DNA of 64,000 nt from an uncultured Actinomycetes bacterium (GCA_963767005.1 CAVYCN010000004.1:128001-192000); one strand, 5' to 3'; counted from the first letter of the stretch, positions 1-14,720 are shown. A program made the numbers and translations. Notes: generated by a model from the letters alone, not told the origin.

Positions 1-247
1 GCGTGCCGCCGTGCTCGCCCTGCTGCTCGCCGAGCGGGCGGTCGCCGCCGACACGACCGGCGACCTCGGCGCTCTCCTCCTCGACGACGTGATGAGCGAG
101 CTCGACGACGCGCGCCGCCGCCTGCTGGTGCGGACCCTTAGCGCGGACGGCCAGGCGATCATCACGACGACCAACCGTCTGTACTTCACGGCCGGCGAGC
201 TCGGCCGGGCGCGCGTGATCGAGCTCGGCGGCGAGGAGGCCCTGTAG
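1..247 (+). CDS. recF: DNA replication/repair protein RecF, C-terminal part (5' end outside window)
   Basis: LLLDDVMSELDDARRRLL Walker B/D-loop motif; lies directly upstream of DUF721-gyrB-gyrA. Confidence 0.9.
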   Translation, partial: RAAVLALLLAERAVAADTTGDLGALLLDDVMSELDDARRRLLVRTLSADGQAIITTTNRLYFTAGELGRARVIELGGEEAL

Positions 248-249
248 GA

Positions 250-579
250 GTGGGCGAGTTCAGCCGTCTGGGCGACATCCTGAACGGCGCGCTGGGCCGG
301 GTCGCGGGCAGCGACGAGGGTCGGGCCTACCGCGCCTGGACGCGGGCGGCCGGCGGCGACGTGGTCGCCGTCACACGCCCGCGCCGCCTTGCGCGTGGCG
401 TACTCACCGTCGAATGTGAGTCGTCGATCTGGGCGAACGAGCTGACCTACCTCGCGCCGACGATCCTCGAGCGGCTGCGCGCCGACGACCCCGACACGCC
501 GATCACGGGCCTGCGGTTCGTCGTCGGCCGTCCGCACCGCAGCCTCGACGAAGACGACGAAGTCGATCGACGGCCCTGA
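250..579 (+). CDS. DUF721/DciA-family protein
   Basis: Sequence pattern (W..AAG..V...TRP......GVLTVECESSIWANEL) and the usual position between recF and gyrB. Confidence 0.8.
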   Translation: MGEFSRLGDILNGALGRVAGSDEGRAYRAWTRAAGGDVVAVTRPRRLARGVLTVECESSIWANELTYLAPTILERLRADDPDTPITGLRFVVGRPHRSLDEDDEVDRRP

Positions 580-784
580 TGCGGCGGTCACCTCGTCTCC
601 CGCGGCACACAGGAGGACGAGGGGTCGGCGGCGAAGTGGACGATGATTGGACGAGCGCGCGCGACGGCGCGCCAGGAAGGACGGCGGCGATCTCGGAGAC
701 AGCCCTGAGAGCTGGCTGCGCCGGACGCGACGCACACGCGCGGCGGAGCGGCGCGTCAACGTCACCCGGGGATCCGCGAAAAGA

Positions 785-807
785 CCGCAAATTGCGGCAA
801 TTTGCGG
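785..807. repeat. Perfect inverted repeat CCGCAAATTG-CGG-CAATTTGCGG upstream of the gyrB promoter
   Basis: 10-bp arms are exact reverse complements; an A-run precedes it and TTTTT follows shortly after. Confidence 0.8.
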
Positions 808-818
808 CGCCTTTTTGC

Positions 819-3322
<2,504 letters not shown>

Positions 3323-3471
3323 CGCGATGAGAGAATGCTCGCCTGCCCCGCGGCTGTCGGCTTGGCGCGCCGCTTCCCGACTCGCCTTCGCGCTTACGGC
3401 GGGCGCGCCTTCGCCACCGCGGCGCATCACCACGACGGCCTGTGCCCCACGTCTGCCAAGGCAGATCATCG

Positions 3472-5952
<2,481 letters not shown>

Positions 5953-5998
5953 GCCGCGCGGCGGGCCGCCGGGCGCCGCCATGCTAGAATCGGGCGCC

Positions 5999-7054
5999 GT
6001 GACGAGCGACCCCGACACCCAGCAGGCTCACGCCCCCGCCGCCGGCGCGGCCGTTGAACGCCGGCCGCGCGTCTTCAGCGGCACCCAGCCGACCGGCGCC
6101 CTCCACCTCGGCAACTACCTGGGGGCGCTGCGCAACTACGTCGCCATGCAGGAGACTCACGACTGCGTCTACTGCGTGGTCGACCTGCACGCGATCACGG
6201 TGCGCCAGGCCAAGGCCGATCTGCGGCGCAACACGATCGACGCGGCCAACATGTTCCTGGCCGCCGGCGTCGATCCGCAGCGCTCGATCGTCATCGTGCA
6301 GTCGCACGTGCCGCAGCACAGCGAGCTCGCCTGGATCCTGAACACGGTCGCCTATGTGGGCGAGCTGCGCCGCATGACCCAGTTCAAGGACAAGACGGGG
6401 GGCAGCGAGGCCGAGTCGATCGGCGTGGGCATCTTCGACTATCCCGTGCTGATGGCCGCCGACATCCTGCTCTATCAGGCCGACGCGGTGCCCGTCGGTG
6501 AAGACCAGAAGCAGCACGTCGAGCTCACGCGCGACCTGGCCGAACGTTTCAACAACGCCTTCGGCAAAACGTTCGTGGTGCCCGAGCCGATCATCCCGTC
6601 GGCCGGGGCCCGCATCATGGGCCTCGACGACCCGGCCAGAAAGATGAGCAAGAGTGCCGGCTCGGCCTACAACTACGTCTCGCTGACCGACTCGCCCGAC
6701 GAGATCCGCCGCAAGATCAGGCGCGCCGTGACCGACTCCGGGACCGAGGTGCGCTCGGGTCCCGACAAGCCGGCGCTCACCAACCTGCTCACCATCTACA
6801 GCCTGCTGGCCGGCGAGCCGGTCGAGGCCATCGAGGCCCGCTACGAGGGTCGCGGCTACGCCGACCTCAAGCAGGACCTGGCCGACGTGGTCGTCGACGC
6901 GCTCGCGCCGTTCCAGCGGCGCATGAAGGAGCTCGCCGGCGACAAGGGCTTCACGCTCGACGTGCTGCGCGACGGCGCCGACCGTGCCGAGGCCATCGCC
7001 GCGCGCACCATGCGCAAGGTGCGCGAGCGCATGGGCTTCGTGCCCCGGCCCTGA
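5999..7054 (+). CDS. trpS: Tryptophan--tRNA ligase
   Basis: FSGTQPTG.LHLGNY, VPVGEDQKQH, KMSKS; start uncertain (GTG 5999 lies 8 nt after TGcTAGAAT and may be leaderless; the track uses 5981). Confidence 0.95.
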   Translation: MTSDPDTQQAHAPAAGAAVERRPRVFSGTQPTGALHLGNYLGALRNYVAMQETHDCVYCVVDLHAITVRQAKADLRRNTIDAANMFLAAGVDPQRSIVIVQSHVPQHSELAWILNTVAYVGELRRMTQFKDKTGGSEAESIGVGIFDYPVLMAADILLYQADAVPVGEDQKQHVELTRDLAERFNNAFGKTFVVPEPIIPSAGARIMGLDDPARKMSKSAGSAYNYVSLTDSPDEIRRKIRRAVTDSGTEVRSGPDKPALTNLLTIYSLLAGEPVEAIEARYEGRGYADLKQDLADVVVDALAPFQRRMKELAGDKGFTLDVLRDGADRAEAIAARTMRKVRERMGFVPRP

Positions 7055-7102
7055 CGTCCGCCGCCGCGGCCGCGCCGCGGCCTGACGCCCGATCCGCCCT
7101 GC

Positions 7103-7912
7103 TCAGCCGGCCGTCGACGTCGCGTCGTCGGCGCGCGGCGCCTCGCGGGGCAGGGCCGCGGCCCACCGCGCGAAGCGCCAGGGCGTGTAGAGCTCGTAGA
7201 GCAGGCGCCCGGCGTGCGGCGGCCGCTCGTAGTCGTGGGCCGGCAGGGGGCGGGCCGGCTCGGCCCGTCCCCTGCCGGCCAGACGCGCCAGGGTGAGCAG
7301 CGGCAGCAGGGACGGCGCGAGCTGGCTCGCGTTGGCGCGCGCGAGGGCGCGGCGCAGGGCGCGGTCGGCCGCGGTGAGCGTCAGGACGTCGTAGCGTCCC
7401 GGCGCCGTGCCGGCGGCCGGCGCCGGCGCCTGTACGCTGAGGCCGAACGGTCCCCGCCGGTAGAGCGGATACTCGACGACGCGCAGCCCCGGACGCCGGC
7501 GGGCGGCGAGCGCGGCCGCCGCGTTCACGGCGTCGTGGTCGGGATGGCCGCCCTCGTAAGCCGCCACGTAGACCGTCGGCTGCTCCCCCGGGTCGCCGCG
7601 GCCCGCTGCCGGGTCGTGGCCGCCGCCCACGACCTCGTCGACCAGGAGCACGAGTGCGGCGGCGACATCGGCGACGTGCTCGACGGCGTGCTGGTCGGGC
7701 AGGGCGAGGTCGTGTCCGGCGCTGGGCGGCAGACCCAGCGTGCGCAGGGCCCGAGCGCCCTCGGCGATGCGACGCCGGGCGGGCGCCAGGCCACCCGCCG
7801 TCGCCCACAGCAGACGCACGTCGGCACCCGCCGCGAGGGCCCGCCGCAGCCGCCCCGCGCAGAACACCTCGTCGTCGTGATGGGCGAGCAGGAAGAGCGC
7901 CGGCGCCGGCAC
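7103..7912 (-). CDS. PIG-L/LmbE-family de-N-acetylase
   Basis: AHHDDE and GGHPDH motifs; GTG start just downstream of the PHP-GT gene. Confidence 0.8.
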   Translation of the reverse strand: MPAPALFLLAHHDDEVFCAGRLRRALAAGADVRLLWATAGGLAPARRRIAEGARALRTLGLPPSAGHDLALPDQHAVEHVADVAAALVLLVDEVVGGGHDPAAGRGDPGEQPTVYVAAYEGGHPDHDAVNAAAALAARRRPGLRVVEYPLYRRGPFGLSVQAPAPAAGTAPGRYDVLTLTAADRALRRALARANASQLAPSLLPLLTLARLAGRGRAEPARPLPAHDYERPPHAGRLLYELYTPWRFARWAAALPREAPRADDATSTAG

Positions 7913-7922
7913 GGCCGGCCTT

Positions 7923-10322
7923 TCAGAGCTCGATCGAGCGGTAGACCTCGCGCATGTGGCTGAAGGTCGCCGGCCAGCTGCGCTGCAGGGCTCGCTCGCG
8001 GGCGAGGAGGCCCATGGTCTGCCGCAGCGACTCGTCGTCGAGCAGGCGCTCGAGGGCTGCGACGAAGCCGACAGCGTCGCCGGGCGGCACGACGAACGCC
8101 GTCTCGTCACGGGCGACGTTCTCGTCGACGCCGATACCGGTCGTCACGACGGCCGGCAGCCCCGACGCCGCCGCCTCGAGCAGGACCTGGCCGAACGTCT
8201 CGGCGCGTCCCGGAAAGACGAAGACGTCGGCCGAGGCGTAGATCGTGGCAAGCTCGTCGCCGGTGCGATAGCCGAGGAACGAGGCGCCCGGCAGCAGCTC
8301 GGCGAGCTGCTCGCGGTAAGGGCCGTCACCGACCAGCACGAGCTGGACATCGTCGCGCTTGCGGCGGAGCTGGTCGTAGACGACGGCGAGGAAGTCGAGA
8401 CCCTTCTCGGGCGACATGCGCCCGACCCACAGCACGACCTTGCGACCGCCTCCCAGCACGCGCCGTACCTCGTCGTTGCGCCGTCCGGGCATGAAGCGGG
8501 TGCTGTCGATGGCTTGGTCCAGGTTGGCGAAGCGGGTCCGCACGCCGTGCGCCGTGAGGTCGTCCTGGACCGCGCGCGACGGGCAGAAGACGATCTGCGC
8601 CTGGTTGTAGAAGCCGCGCACGTAGGTCCAGAGCGACTCGCGCACCACGTGATCGGACGTCAGGAAATAGCCGAGCCGGGGCAAATCGGTGTGGTACGAG
8701 GCGACCAGCGGCAGGCCCAGGGTGCGGGCCAGCAGGACGGCGACCATCCCCATCGGGCCCGGCGTGGCGGCGTGGATGACATCGACCTTGCCCGTCTCGC
8801 ACCAGTGCAGAAGCTGCAGCACCGGCGGCACGAAGAGCGGGAACTCCTCGTAGACGTCGAAGCCGAACCGGTCCAGCGCGCGGAACACCTCGTGCTTCGG
8901 CCGGCTGGCGCGTTCCTGCCCGCAGGAGACCATGGTGAACGGCCAGTCCTGCGCGGTGGCGAAGGCGACGAGCGGCTGCAGCACCGCGGCCACGCCGTTG
9001 ATCTCCTCGATCGTGTCGGTGAACATCGCGACGTGGGGCTCGGCCGGAGCGGGCCACGGGTCGAGCAGTCCCTGCTCGGCAAGCTCGCGGTGCACGTCGC
9101 GGGCGTGGATGCGCTGGCGGGCGAGCGACGTCGCCGCCAGCAGGTACGGCCCAACGACGGTCTGCGCCAAGGCGAGCGTCTTCCAGGTCTCGAGCGCCTC
9201 GCGGGCGAAGCCCTTCTTGCCGTGGAGCTCCTTGAGGCTCTGGCGCACCGTGCGCTCCCAGGTCGCCTCGGCGATCGCCGCGAGGCGCTCGTGGCGCGGC
9301 CCGCCCTCGATCAGGGCGCCGCTGCGGATGACCTCGGAGACGCCGCTCGCGGCCGCCTTGCGCAGGGTCTTCTCGCGGCGCCACGGAGGGTCGATCGCAA
9401 GGCCGACGACGCGCCCGGCAAGCTGCCTGCTGCGCTGGCCCTCGAGGAGCGTCCAGGGGATGCTGGAGCGCATGCCGAGGCGCACGACACCGCGCGCCAG
9501 CCAGTTGCGGCTGTCGTTGTCGCCGCCCTGGACGATCAGGCTGATCGCCGTGTGGGCCGTCTTGGCGGTCGAGCCCTGAGCGCCGCGCAACACGCCCTTG
9601 CGACGCTGCAGCGCGGTGAAGGGCTCGGTCTCGCCCGCGCCCAGCCTGATCTGCGTGTAGGTGCCGCCGATGTCGAGGCCGCCGTGGTCGTCGGAGCCGG
9701 CGACCGTGCGGATGGTCATGCTCGCCGGTTCGCGCCCGTACTTCTCGGCCAAGCGCGGGATGAGCGCCGGCGCGGCAGCCGCGAGCTCGGCGCTCATCTG
9801 GTTCTCGAGCTTGGTCGAGCTGCCGTTGCGTGTCTCCCATAGCGAGAACAGCAGAAGGAGCTGCTCGTAGTGCTCGACGCGCAGGTCGGAGACCACCGAC
9901 ATGGGGTGGGCGAGGGCGTGCGTGAGGCCCTCGCCGCGCAGATAGTCGACGAGCTCGAAGAGGTTGAAGCGCAGCTCCGAGATCGTCCGGTGCTGAGCCT
10001 CGTCGAGGCCCCAGACGAGCACGTGAACGTGGATGGCCTCGGTCGGGAAGTAGGCGCTGACCTCCTCGCCGATCGTGAAATCGGGGTAATCGGTGAGCTC
10101 GAGCGCGCCGCTGACCGAGTCGTGGTCGGTCAGCGTGACGTGCGTCATGCCGCGCGCCTTGGCCTCGCGGTAGACGAGGTGGGGGTCGGTGAAGCACTCA
10201 CGCACGCCGAAGTTGCGTGCCAGGTACAGGTCGGAGCGTGACGAGTAGCGTGAGTGGCAGTGAAGGTCGATCCGGGCGAGTCCCTGCTCGCCCTCGTCGG
10301 GCCGGTGCGCGCTTGCGTCCAT
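7923..10322 (-). CDS. PHP-domain / GT4 glycosyltransferase fusion
   Basis: N-terminal DLHCHS, TDHD, GSDDH (PHP); C-terminal VGRMSPEKG and ETFGQVLLEAAASGLP (GT4). Confidence 0.88.
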   Translation of the reverse strand: MDASAHRPDEGEQGLARIDLHCHSRYSSRSDLYLARNFGVRECFTDPHLVYREAKARGMTHVTLTDHDSVSGALELTDYPDFTIGEEVSAYFPTEAIHVHVLVWGLDEAQHRTISELRFNLFELVDYLRGEGLTHALAHPMSVVSDLRVEHYEQLLLLFSLWETRNGSSTKLENQMSAELAAAAPALIPRLAEKYGREPASMTIRTVAGSDDHGGLDIGGTYTQIRLGAGETEPFTALQRRKGVLRGAQGSTAKTAHTAISLIVQGGDNDSRNWLARGVVRLGMRSSIPWTLLEGQRSRQLAGRVVGLAIDPPWRREKTLRKAAASGVSEVIRSGALIEGGPRHERLAAIAEATWERTVRQSLKELHGKKGFAREALETWKTLALAQTVVGPYLLAATSLARQRIHARDVHRELAEQGLLDPWPAPAEPHVAMFTDTIEEINGVAAVLQPLVAFATAQDWPFTMVSCGQERASRPKHEVFRALDRFGFDVYEEFPLFVPPVLQLLHWCETGKVDVIHAATPGPMGMVAVLLARTLGLPLVASYHTDLPRLGYFLTSDHVVRESLWTYVRGFYNQAQIVFCPSRAVQDDLTAHGVRTRFANLDQAIDSTRFMPGRRNDEVRRVLGGGRKVVLWVGRMSPEKGLDFLAVVYDQLRRKRDDVQLVLVGDGPYREQLAELLPGASFLGYRTGDELATIYASADVFVFPGRAETFGQVLLEAAASGLPAVVTTGIGVDENVARDETAFVVPPGDAVGFVAALERLLDDESLRQTMGLLARERALQRSWPATFSHMREVYRSIEL

Positions 10323-10465
10323 GATCCTCGCGTGTCGATCTGTGGCGGCCGTCCGCGCCCCGGGCGTCGGGGGCCGGCGGGGAGCGAGGCGGCGGCTCAG
10401 GGTACCATAGAATAAACACGAGACCACGTAACCGCGGCGCGCCGGGAGGGCGGCCGCCTGCCCTG

Positions 10466-11125
10466 ATGGACGATGCGATGATCCTCGATGCGACCACCCG
10501 CGAGTACCTGTTCGAGCTGCGCCGGCCGGCCGACCCGCTGGTCGCAGAGATGGAGGCCTTCGCCGCCGAGCACGACGTGCCGATCGTCTCGCGCGAGACG
10601 GCCGTGCTGCTCGGCATGCTGGCGCGAGCCGCTGGCGCGCGCTTCGTGCTCGAGATCGGGCTGGCCATCGGCTACTCGGCGCTGCACATCGCCCGAGCGC
10701 TGCCGCCGTACGGCAAGGTGGTGTCGCTCGAGCGCGACATGCACATGGCGTCGGTGGCTCGGTCCTACCTGAGTCGCGACCCGGCCGGCAAGCGGGTCGA
10801 GATCCTCCTGGGCGACGCGCACGAGACCCTGCCCGACCTGCGCGAGATCTTCGACGTGGTCTTCATCGACGCCGACAAGGCCGGCTATCCCGGCTACCTC
10901 GACCTCGCCCTCGTGCGCCTGCGCAAGACGGGCCTGATCGTCGTCGACAACCTGCTCATGGACGGCGACGTCGCGGTCGGTCGGGGCCGCGGTCACTGGC
11001 AGCAGTCGTCCGTCGACACGGCGCGCGCCCTGAACGAGCGGCTCGCCGGCGACGCGGCCCTCGACTTCGTACTGCTGCCCCTCGGCGACGGCGTGGGCCT
11101 GGTACAGCGGCGCCCGGCGGACTAG
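10466..11125 (+). CDS. O-methyltransferase (Methyltransf_3 family)
   Basis: LEIGLAIGYSA, FIDADK, VDN, GDG motifs. Confidence 0.88.
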   Translation: MDDAMILDATTREYLFELRRPADPLVAEMEAFAAEHDVPIVSRETAVLLGMLARAAGARFVLEIGLAIGYSALHIARALPPYGKVVSLERDMHMASVARSYLSRDPAGKRVEILLGDAHETLPDLREIFDVVFIDADKAGYPGYLDLALVRLRKTGLIVVDNLLMDGDVAVGRGRGHWQQSSVDTARALNERLAGDAALDFVLLPLGDGVGLVQRRPAD

Positions 11126-11212
11126 GCGCGCGACAGCGCGGCGCCAGACGATAGACTAGGCGCAACGAAGTCACGCCGGCCTGAGCGGCAGCGACGAAGT
11201 CGGCTGGCGGAC
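11119..11212 (+). repeat. Diverged inverted copy (plus a partial copy) of the 58-bp repeat at 62053-62248
   Basis: ACTAGGCG--CAACGAAGTCACGCCGGCCTGAGCGGCAGCGACGAAGTCG aligns with the reverse complement of the unit, ACTAGGCGCGCAACGGAGTGGCGCCAGCCTGAGCGGCGACGACGAAGTCG. Confidence 0.75.
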
Positions 11213-11254
11213 GAGCGAGACACCGGCCGGCCGGCCGGTGGCCAGGGAGGACGC

Positions 11255-11656
11255 ATGATCTCAGCCGAAACCATGAAGTGGCGCCTTCAGGAGGGCAAGC
11301 TCACGGATTTCGAGCTGGTCCTGTGGAAGGGCGCCGGCCGCGTGGTGAGCGCCGGCGACCGCCTCGTCTTGCAGGTGCGCGGCGAGCGGGCCGACTATAC
11401 CTGGGAGCGCGTGCGCGACACCTGGTGCCGCCTGCAGGACAACCACGCCCTCACCGTCGACGAGCTCGGCGGCCGCCACGACGCGGTCGGCCTCGTCTCG
11501 CTGTTCGCGGCGCTCGGCGGGGACGAGGTCGAGGTCGACGCCGCCGCGGGCGCGCTGCACCTGCCGCGCGCGGCGGGCAGGCCGGTCCGGCCCGACCCCG
11601 GCGCGCTGCAGCCGGCCGAATGGGCCGAGCCGCGACGTCGGGACGATACGCGGTAG
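11255..11656 (+). CDS. Hypothetical protein
   Basis: Strong GGGAGGA RBS and high-GC3 codon usage; no recognisable family. Confidence 0.65.
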   Translation: MISAETMKWRLQEGKLTDFELVLWKGAGRVVSAGDRLVLQVRGERADYTWERVRDTWCRLQDNHALTVDELGGRHDAVGLVSLFAALGGDEVEVDAAAGALHLPRAAGRPVRPDPGALQPAEWAEPRRRDDTR

Positions 11657-11716
11657 CGCCGCGAACGTGGTGCGGTCGCGCGCCGTCGCTGCGGTCCACG
11701 AGCCGGGAGCAAGCCG

Positions 11717-12670
11717 ATGACCCCGCTGCCCGCGGGCTACGCCGTGCGCCCCCCGACGCCGGCCGACGTCGCGGCCGGGCAACGCATGCTCGACGAGATC
11801 GAGACGGCGGAATGCGGCGAGCCGCGTCGCCACGACAACCGGCTCGACGTCGACTTCAGCGACCCGCGGCTCGACCTCGAGCGCAGCGGCTGGCTCGTGA
11901 CCGCGCCGCCGGGCGCGGCCGCGCCGCTCGCCGGCCTGGCCCTCGTGTGGGACCCGCGGGCGACCGGCGAGATCATCGTCGACCACTACGTCCATCCGGA
12001 GCACTCCGGCCGCGGGGTCTCCGACGCCCTGCTCGACCTGGTCGAAGCGCGCGCCGCCGAGCTCGCCGCGGCCACGCCGTCCGACCCGCCCCCCGCCCTG
12101 ATGCTCTGGACGAGCCCGGGCAGCGAATGCCACGACTGTGTGCTCGCCCGCGGCTACGCCGTGGTGCGCGAGACCCACGAGATGCGCATCGACCTCCCCG
12201 GCGAGCCGCCCGCGCTCGCCTGGCCGGCCGGCATCGAGGCGCGCCCGTTCGTCCGCGACCGCGACGAGCAGGCCGTGTACGCGGCCGACGAAGAGGCCTT
12301 CGCCGAGCACTTCCTGTTCGTGGCGAAGCCCTTCGAGGAATGGCGCCGCCGGCACGTGGAGGTGCCCGACTTCGACCCGGACCTCTGGCTGGTCGCCTGG
12401 GAAGGCGACGACGTGGCCGGCTTTCTCTCGGGTACGGTGGCCGACGACGGCGGCATGGTGGACGTCCTCGCGGTGCGGCGGCCCTGGCGCTGTCGGGGCC
12501 TAGGGCAGGCGCTGCTCACCGAGGGGCTGCGGACGTTCGCGCGGCGCGGCGCGACGCCGGTCCGCTTGTACGTCGACGCCCAGAACGCGACGGGCGCCGT
12601 GGCCCTCTATGAGCGCGTCGGCATGCACGTGGAGCGCCGCTTCGAGGTGCTGAGCAGGCCCGTCCACTGA
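11717..12670 (+). CDS. Tandem GNAT acetyltransferase (MshD-like architecture)
   Basis: VHPEHSGRG and VRRPWRCRGLG acetyl-CoA motifs; VDAQNATGAVALYERVG. Confidence 0.85.
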   Translation: MTPLPAGYAVRPPTPADVAAGQRMLDEIETAECGEPRRHDNRLDVDFSDPRLDLERSGWLVTAPPGAAAPLAGLALVWDPRATGEIIVDHYVHPEHSGRGVSDALLDLVEARAAELAAATPSDPPPALMLWTSPGSECHDCVLARGYAVVRETHEMRIDLPGEPPALAWPAGIEARPFVRDRDEQAVYAADEEAFAEHFLFVAKPFEEWRRRHVEVPDFDPDLWLVAWEGDDVAGFLSGTVADDGGMVDVLAVRRPWRCRGLGQALLTEGLRTFARRGATPVRLYVDAQNATGAVALYERVGMHVERRFEVLSRPVH

Positions 12671-12727
12671 CCACGGCTCGTCGGGCTCGCGGCCGGTGTC
12701 GCGGACAGGGCGAACGCAGCATGAGAC

Positions 12728-12769
12728 GCGACGGGGCGGGGGGGCCGGCAGGCTCCCCCGCCCCGTCGC
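12728..12769. terminator. GC-rich hairpin between convergent genes
   Basis: GCGACGGGGCGGGGG...CCCCCGCCCCGTCGC inverted repeat; no clear U-tract. Confidence 0.6.
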
Positions 12770-12797
12770 CTGCTGGAGCGTGACTTTCGTCGCGCGC

Positions 12798-14036
12798 CTA
12801 GTTGATCCGCGTCTCGATCCGCCTGGTGACCGGCATCTCGCGACGGCCCATCTCGGCGATGAAGAAGTCGCGCGCGCCGCGGTCGAGCAGCTCGGGGGCG
12901 ATCACGCCAGGCTGGTCGACCTTGCCCTCGACGATCATCTCGGCGTAGATCGCGGCCGGGGTCGAGGTGCCATACGACACCGACGTGGCGCCCGGGATGA
13001 GCTGGTTGACACGCTTGATATCGGGGCCGATCACGGTGTGGTTGATGGTCGCCGGCTTGCCGTCCTTCTCGCCGATGCAGTCCACGAGCTGGACACCGAC
13101 GTCGAAGATGTCGCCGGCGAGCGCCATGCGGGCGAGCTCTTCGGCCGGCGGGTTGGGCGCCAGCGTGGCGACGTAGACGTCGATCGGCCGCACCTTGCTA
13201 CCGTCCTTGAGCGTGACCGGCTGCTTGCTCGTCATGCCGCTGCCCACGAAGGCGGCGTCGGCGTCGATCGCAGCCTCTTCGGTGCCCATCTTGAAGTCGA
13301 CGTAGCGCAGGCCCTTGTCGCCGAACTTCTTCGGCAGCAGGCGCGGCAGCGTGGTGACCTCTTCGTGGTCGTGGCAGATGCACGGCCCCAGGCCGAACGG
13401 CTCGGGGAACTGGTAGAACTCCTTGCGGCCAAAGATCTCGACGCGCTTGAACTCGCCGTCCTCGTAGAGCAGCGGCGGCTGGGCGCAATCAGTGTAGTAG
13501 GTCTCCTGCGACCACACCTGGAGCGGCACCGGGCTGTCGAACAGGGCGTAGTCCTTGATGCGGATCTCGAAGCACTTGTCGAGGTCTTCGTAGCCGTTGG
13601 CCGCGAAGGTGTTCGTGACGCCCGGGTCCATGCCGCAGCTCTGCAGCGCGGTGAGGCCGGCCTTACGGAACTCGGGGTCGAGCGCCGACTGCTCGAGCCA
13701 GGCCTCGTCGATCGTCTGCGTCGGTGTCTGCCCCGAGGCCATGTCGAGGTAGTTCACGCCGGCTTTGAGGCAGGCGTGGAGGAGGGCCATGTTGAAGGTC
13801 GGCACGACGGCGTTGACGAGCAGCTTGGCGCCCTCGGCGGCCTTCGCGACGGCATCGGCGTCGGAGGCGTCGATGAAGATCGCCTTCGCCTTGCCGTTGC
13901 CGACCTGGCCGGCCACGAAGCGGGCCCGGGCCTCGTCGTAGTCGGCCACGACGATCTCGGAGACGGCCGGATTACGGCCGAGGTTCCAGGTCAGGACCTG
14001 GCCCTGCATGCCTGCTCCCACGATGAGAACCCTCAT
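12798..14036 (-). CDS. Saccharopine dehydrogenase-like oxidoreductase (carboxy(nor)spermidine synthase-like)
   Basis: MRVLIVGAGMQG, NYLDMA, CGMDPGVTN, HEEV motifs; AGGAGG RBS. Confidence 0.85.
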   Translation of the reverse strand: MRVLIVGAGMQGQVLTWNLGRNPAVSEIVVADYDEARARFVAGQVGNGKAKAIFIDASDADAVAKAAEGAKLLVNAVVPTFNMALLHACLKAGVNYLDMASGQTPTQTIDEAWLEQSALDPEFRKAGLTALQSCGMDPGVTNTFAANGYEDLDKCFEIRIKDYALFDSPVPLQVWSQETYYTDCAQPPLLYEDGEFKRVEIFGRKEFYQFPEPFGLGPCICHDHEEVTTLPRLLPKKFGDKGLRYVDFKMGTEEAAIDADAAFVGSGMTSKQPVTLKDGSKVRPIDVYVATLAPNPPAEELARMALAGDIFDVGVQLVDCIGEKDGKPATINHTVIGPDIKRVNQLIPGATSVSYGTSTPAAIYAEMIVEGKVDQPGVIAPELLDRGARDFFIAEMGRREMPVTRRIETRIN

Positions 14037-14348
14037 GTTATCCCTCCTCTCGGCCCCGACCTCGTCGGCGGCTGGGCCGAGAGGATGTGTGCGGGACCGG
14101 ATCCTTGAGCCGCCTCCGTGGGGAGAGACGGGGCACCACGGTGGTGTGACTCGAGATTCTCTCAGACGCCCCGCCGCCGCGCCACTACCGCCGCGGTCCA
14201 AGCGGCGCGGGCCAGCGGGCCGCGGCGTCCAGTACGCGGGGCGCTCGCGCGCGGCGCCGGGCTCGCGGCGCTCGACGCGGCGCCCGGCGGACGGGTACAA
14301 CTAACGAGCCCGCACCGGTCGGGAGGACGCATGGCAAAGGAGGCACGC

Positions 14349-14720
14349 GTGCATGAGCTCGGCATCACCCAGGGCATCGTCGATCGCGCCCGCGAGGCCG
14401 CGGAGCAGGCCGGGGCGGCGCGGGTGACCGATCTGTTCCTGACGATCACGCCGGCCGCCGACTTCCAGCCGGACTCGATCGAGATGTACTACGAGATGCT
14501 GACCGACGAGGACGAGCTGCTGAAGGGCGCCACGCTGCACTTCACGACGGCGCCGGTCGCGGCCACCTGCCTCGCCTGCGGCCAGGCCTTCACAGCCGAC
14601 ACGGCCGAGCCGGTCTGCCCCACGTGCGCCTCACGGCAGGTGAGTTACGACCCGCACGAGCTCATGATCCAGCTCACCGATGTCGGCATCGACGACGACT
14701 CCGGGGGCGGATCCGACTGA
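14349..14720 (+). CDS. hypA: Nickel metallochaperone HypA/HybF
   Basis: GTG start gives the N-terminal MHE Ni motif; CLACG and CPTC Zn pairs; AAGGAGG RBS. Confidence 0.85.
   Translation: MHELGITQGIVDRAREAAEQAGAARVTDLFLTITPAADFQPDSIEMYYEMLTDEDELLKGATLHFTTAPVAATCLACGQAFTADTAEPVCPTCASRQVSYDPHELMIQLTDVGIDDDSGGGSD

Noticed and set aside
11654-11719. Amber read-through fusing the 11255 ORF to the GNAT (same frame, no intervening stop)
   Set aside because: The GNAT has its own GGGAG RBS and ATG, the linker looks non-coding, and an in-frame arrangement arises by chance one time in three.
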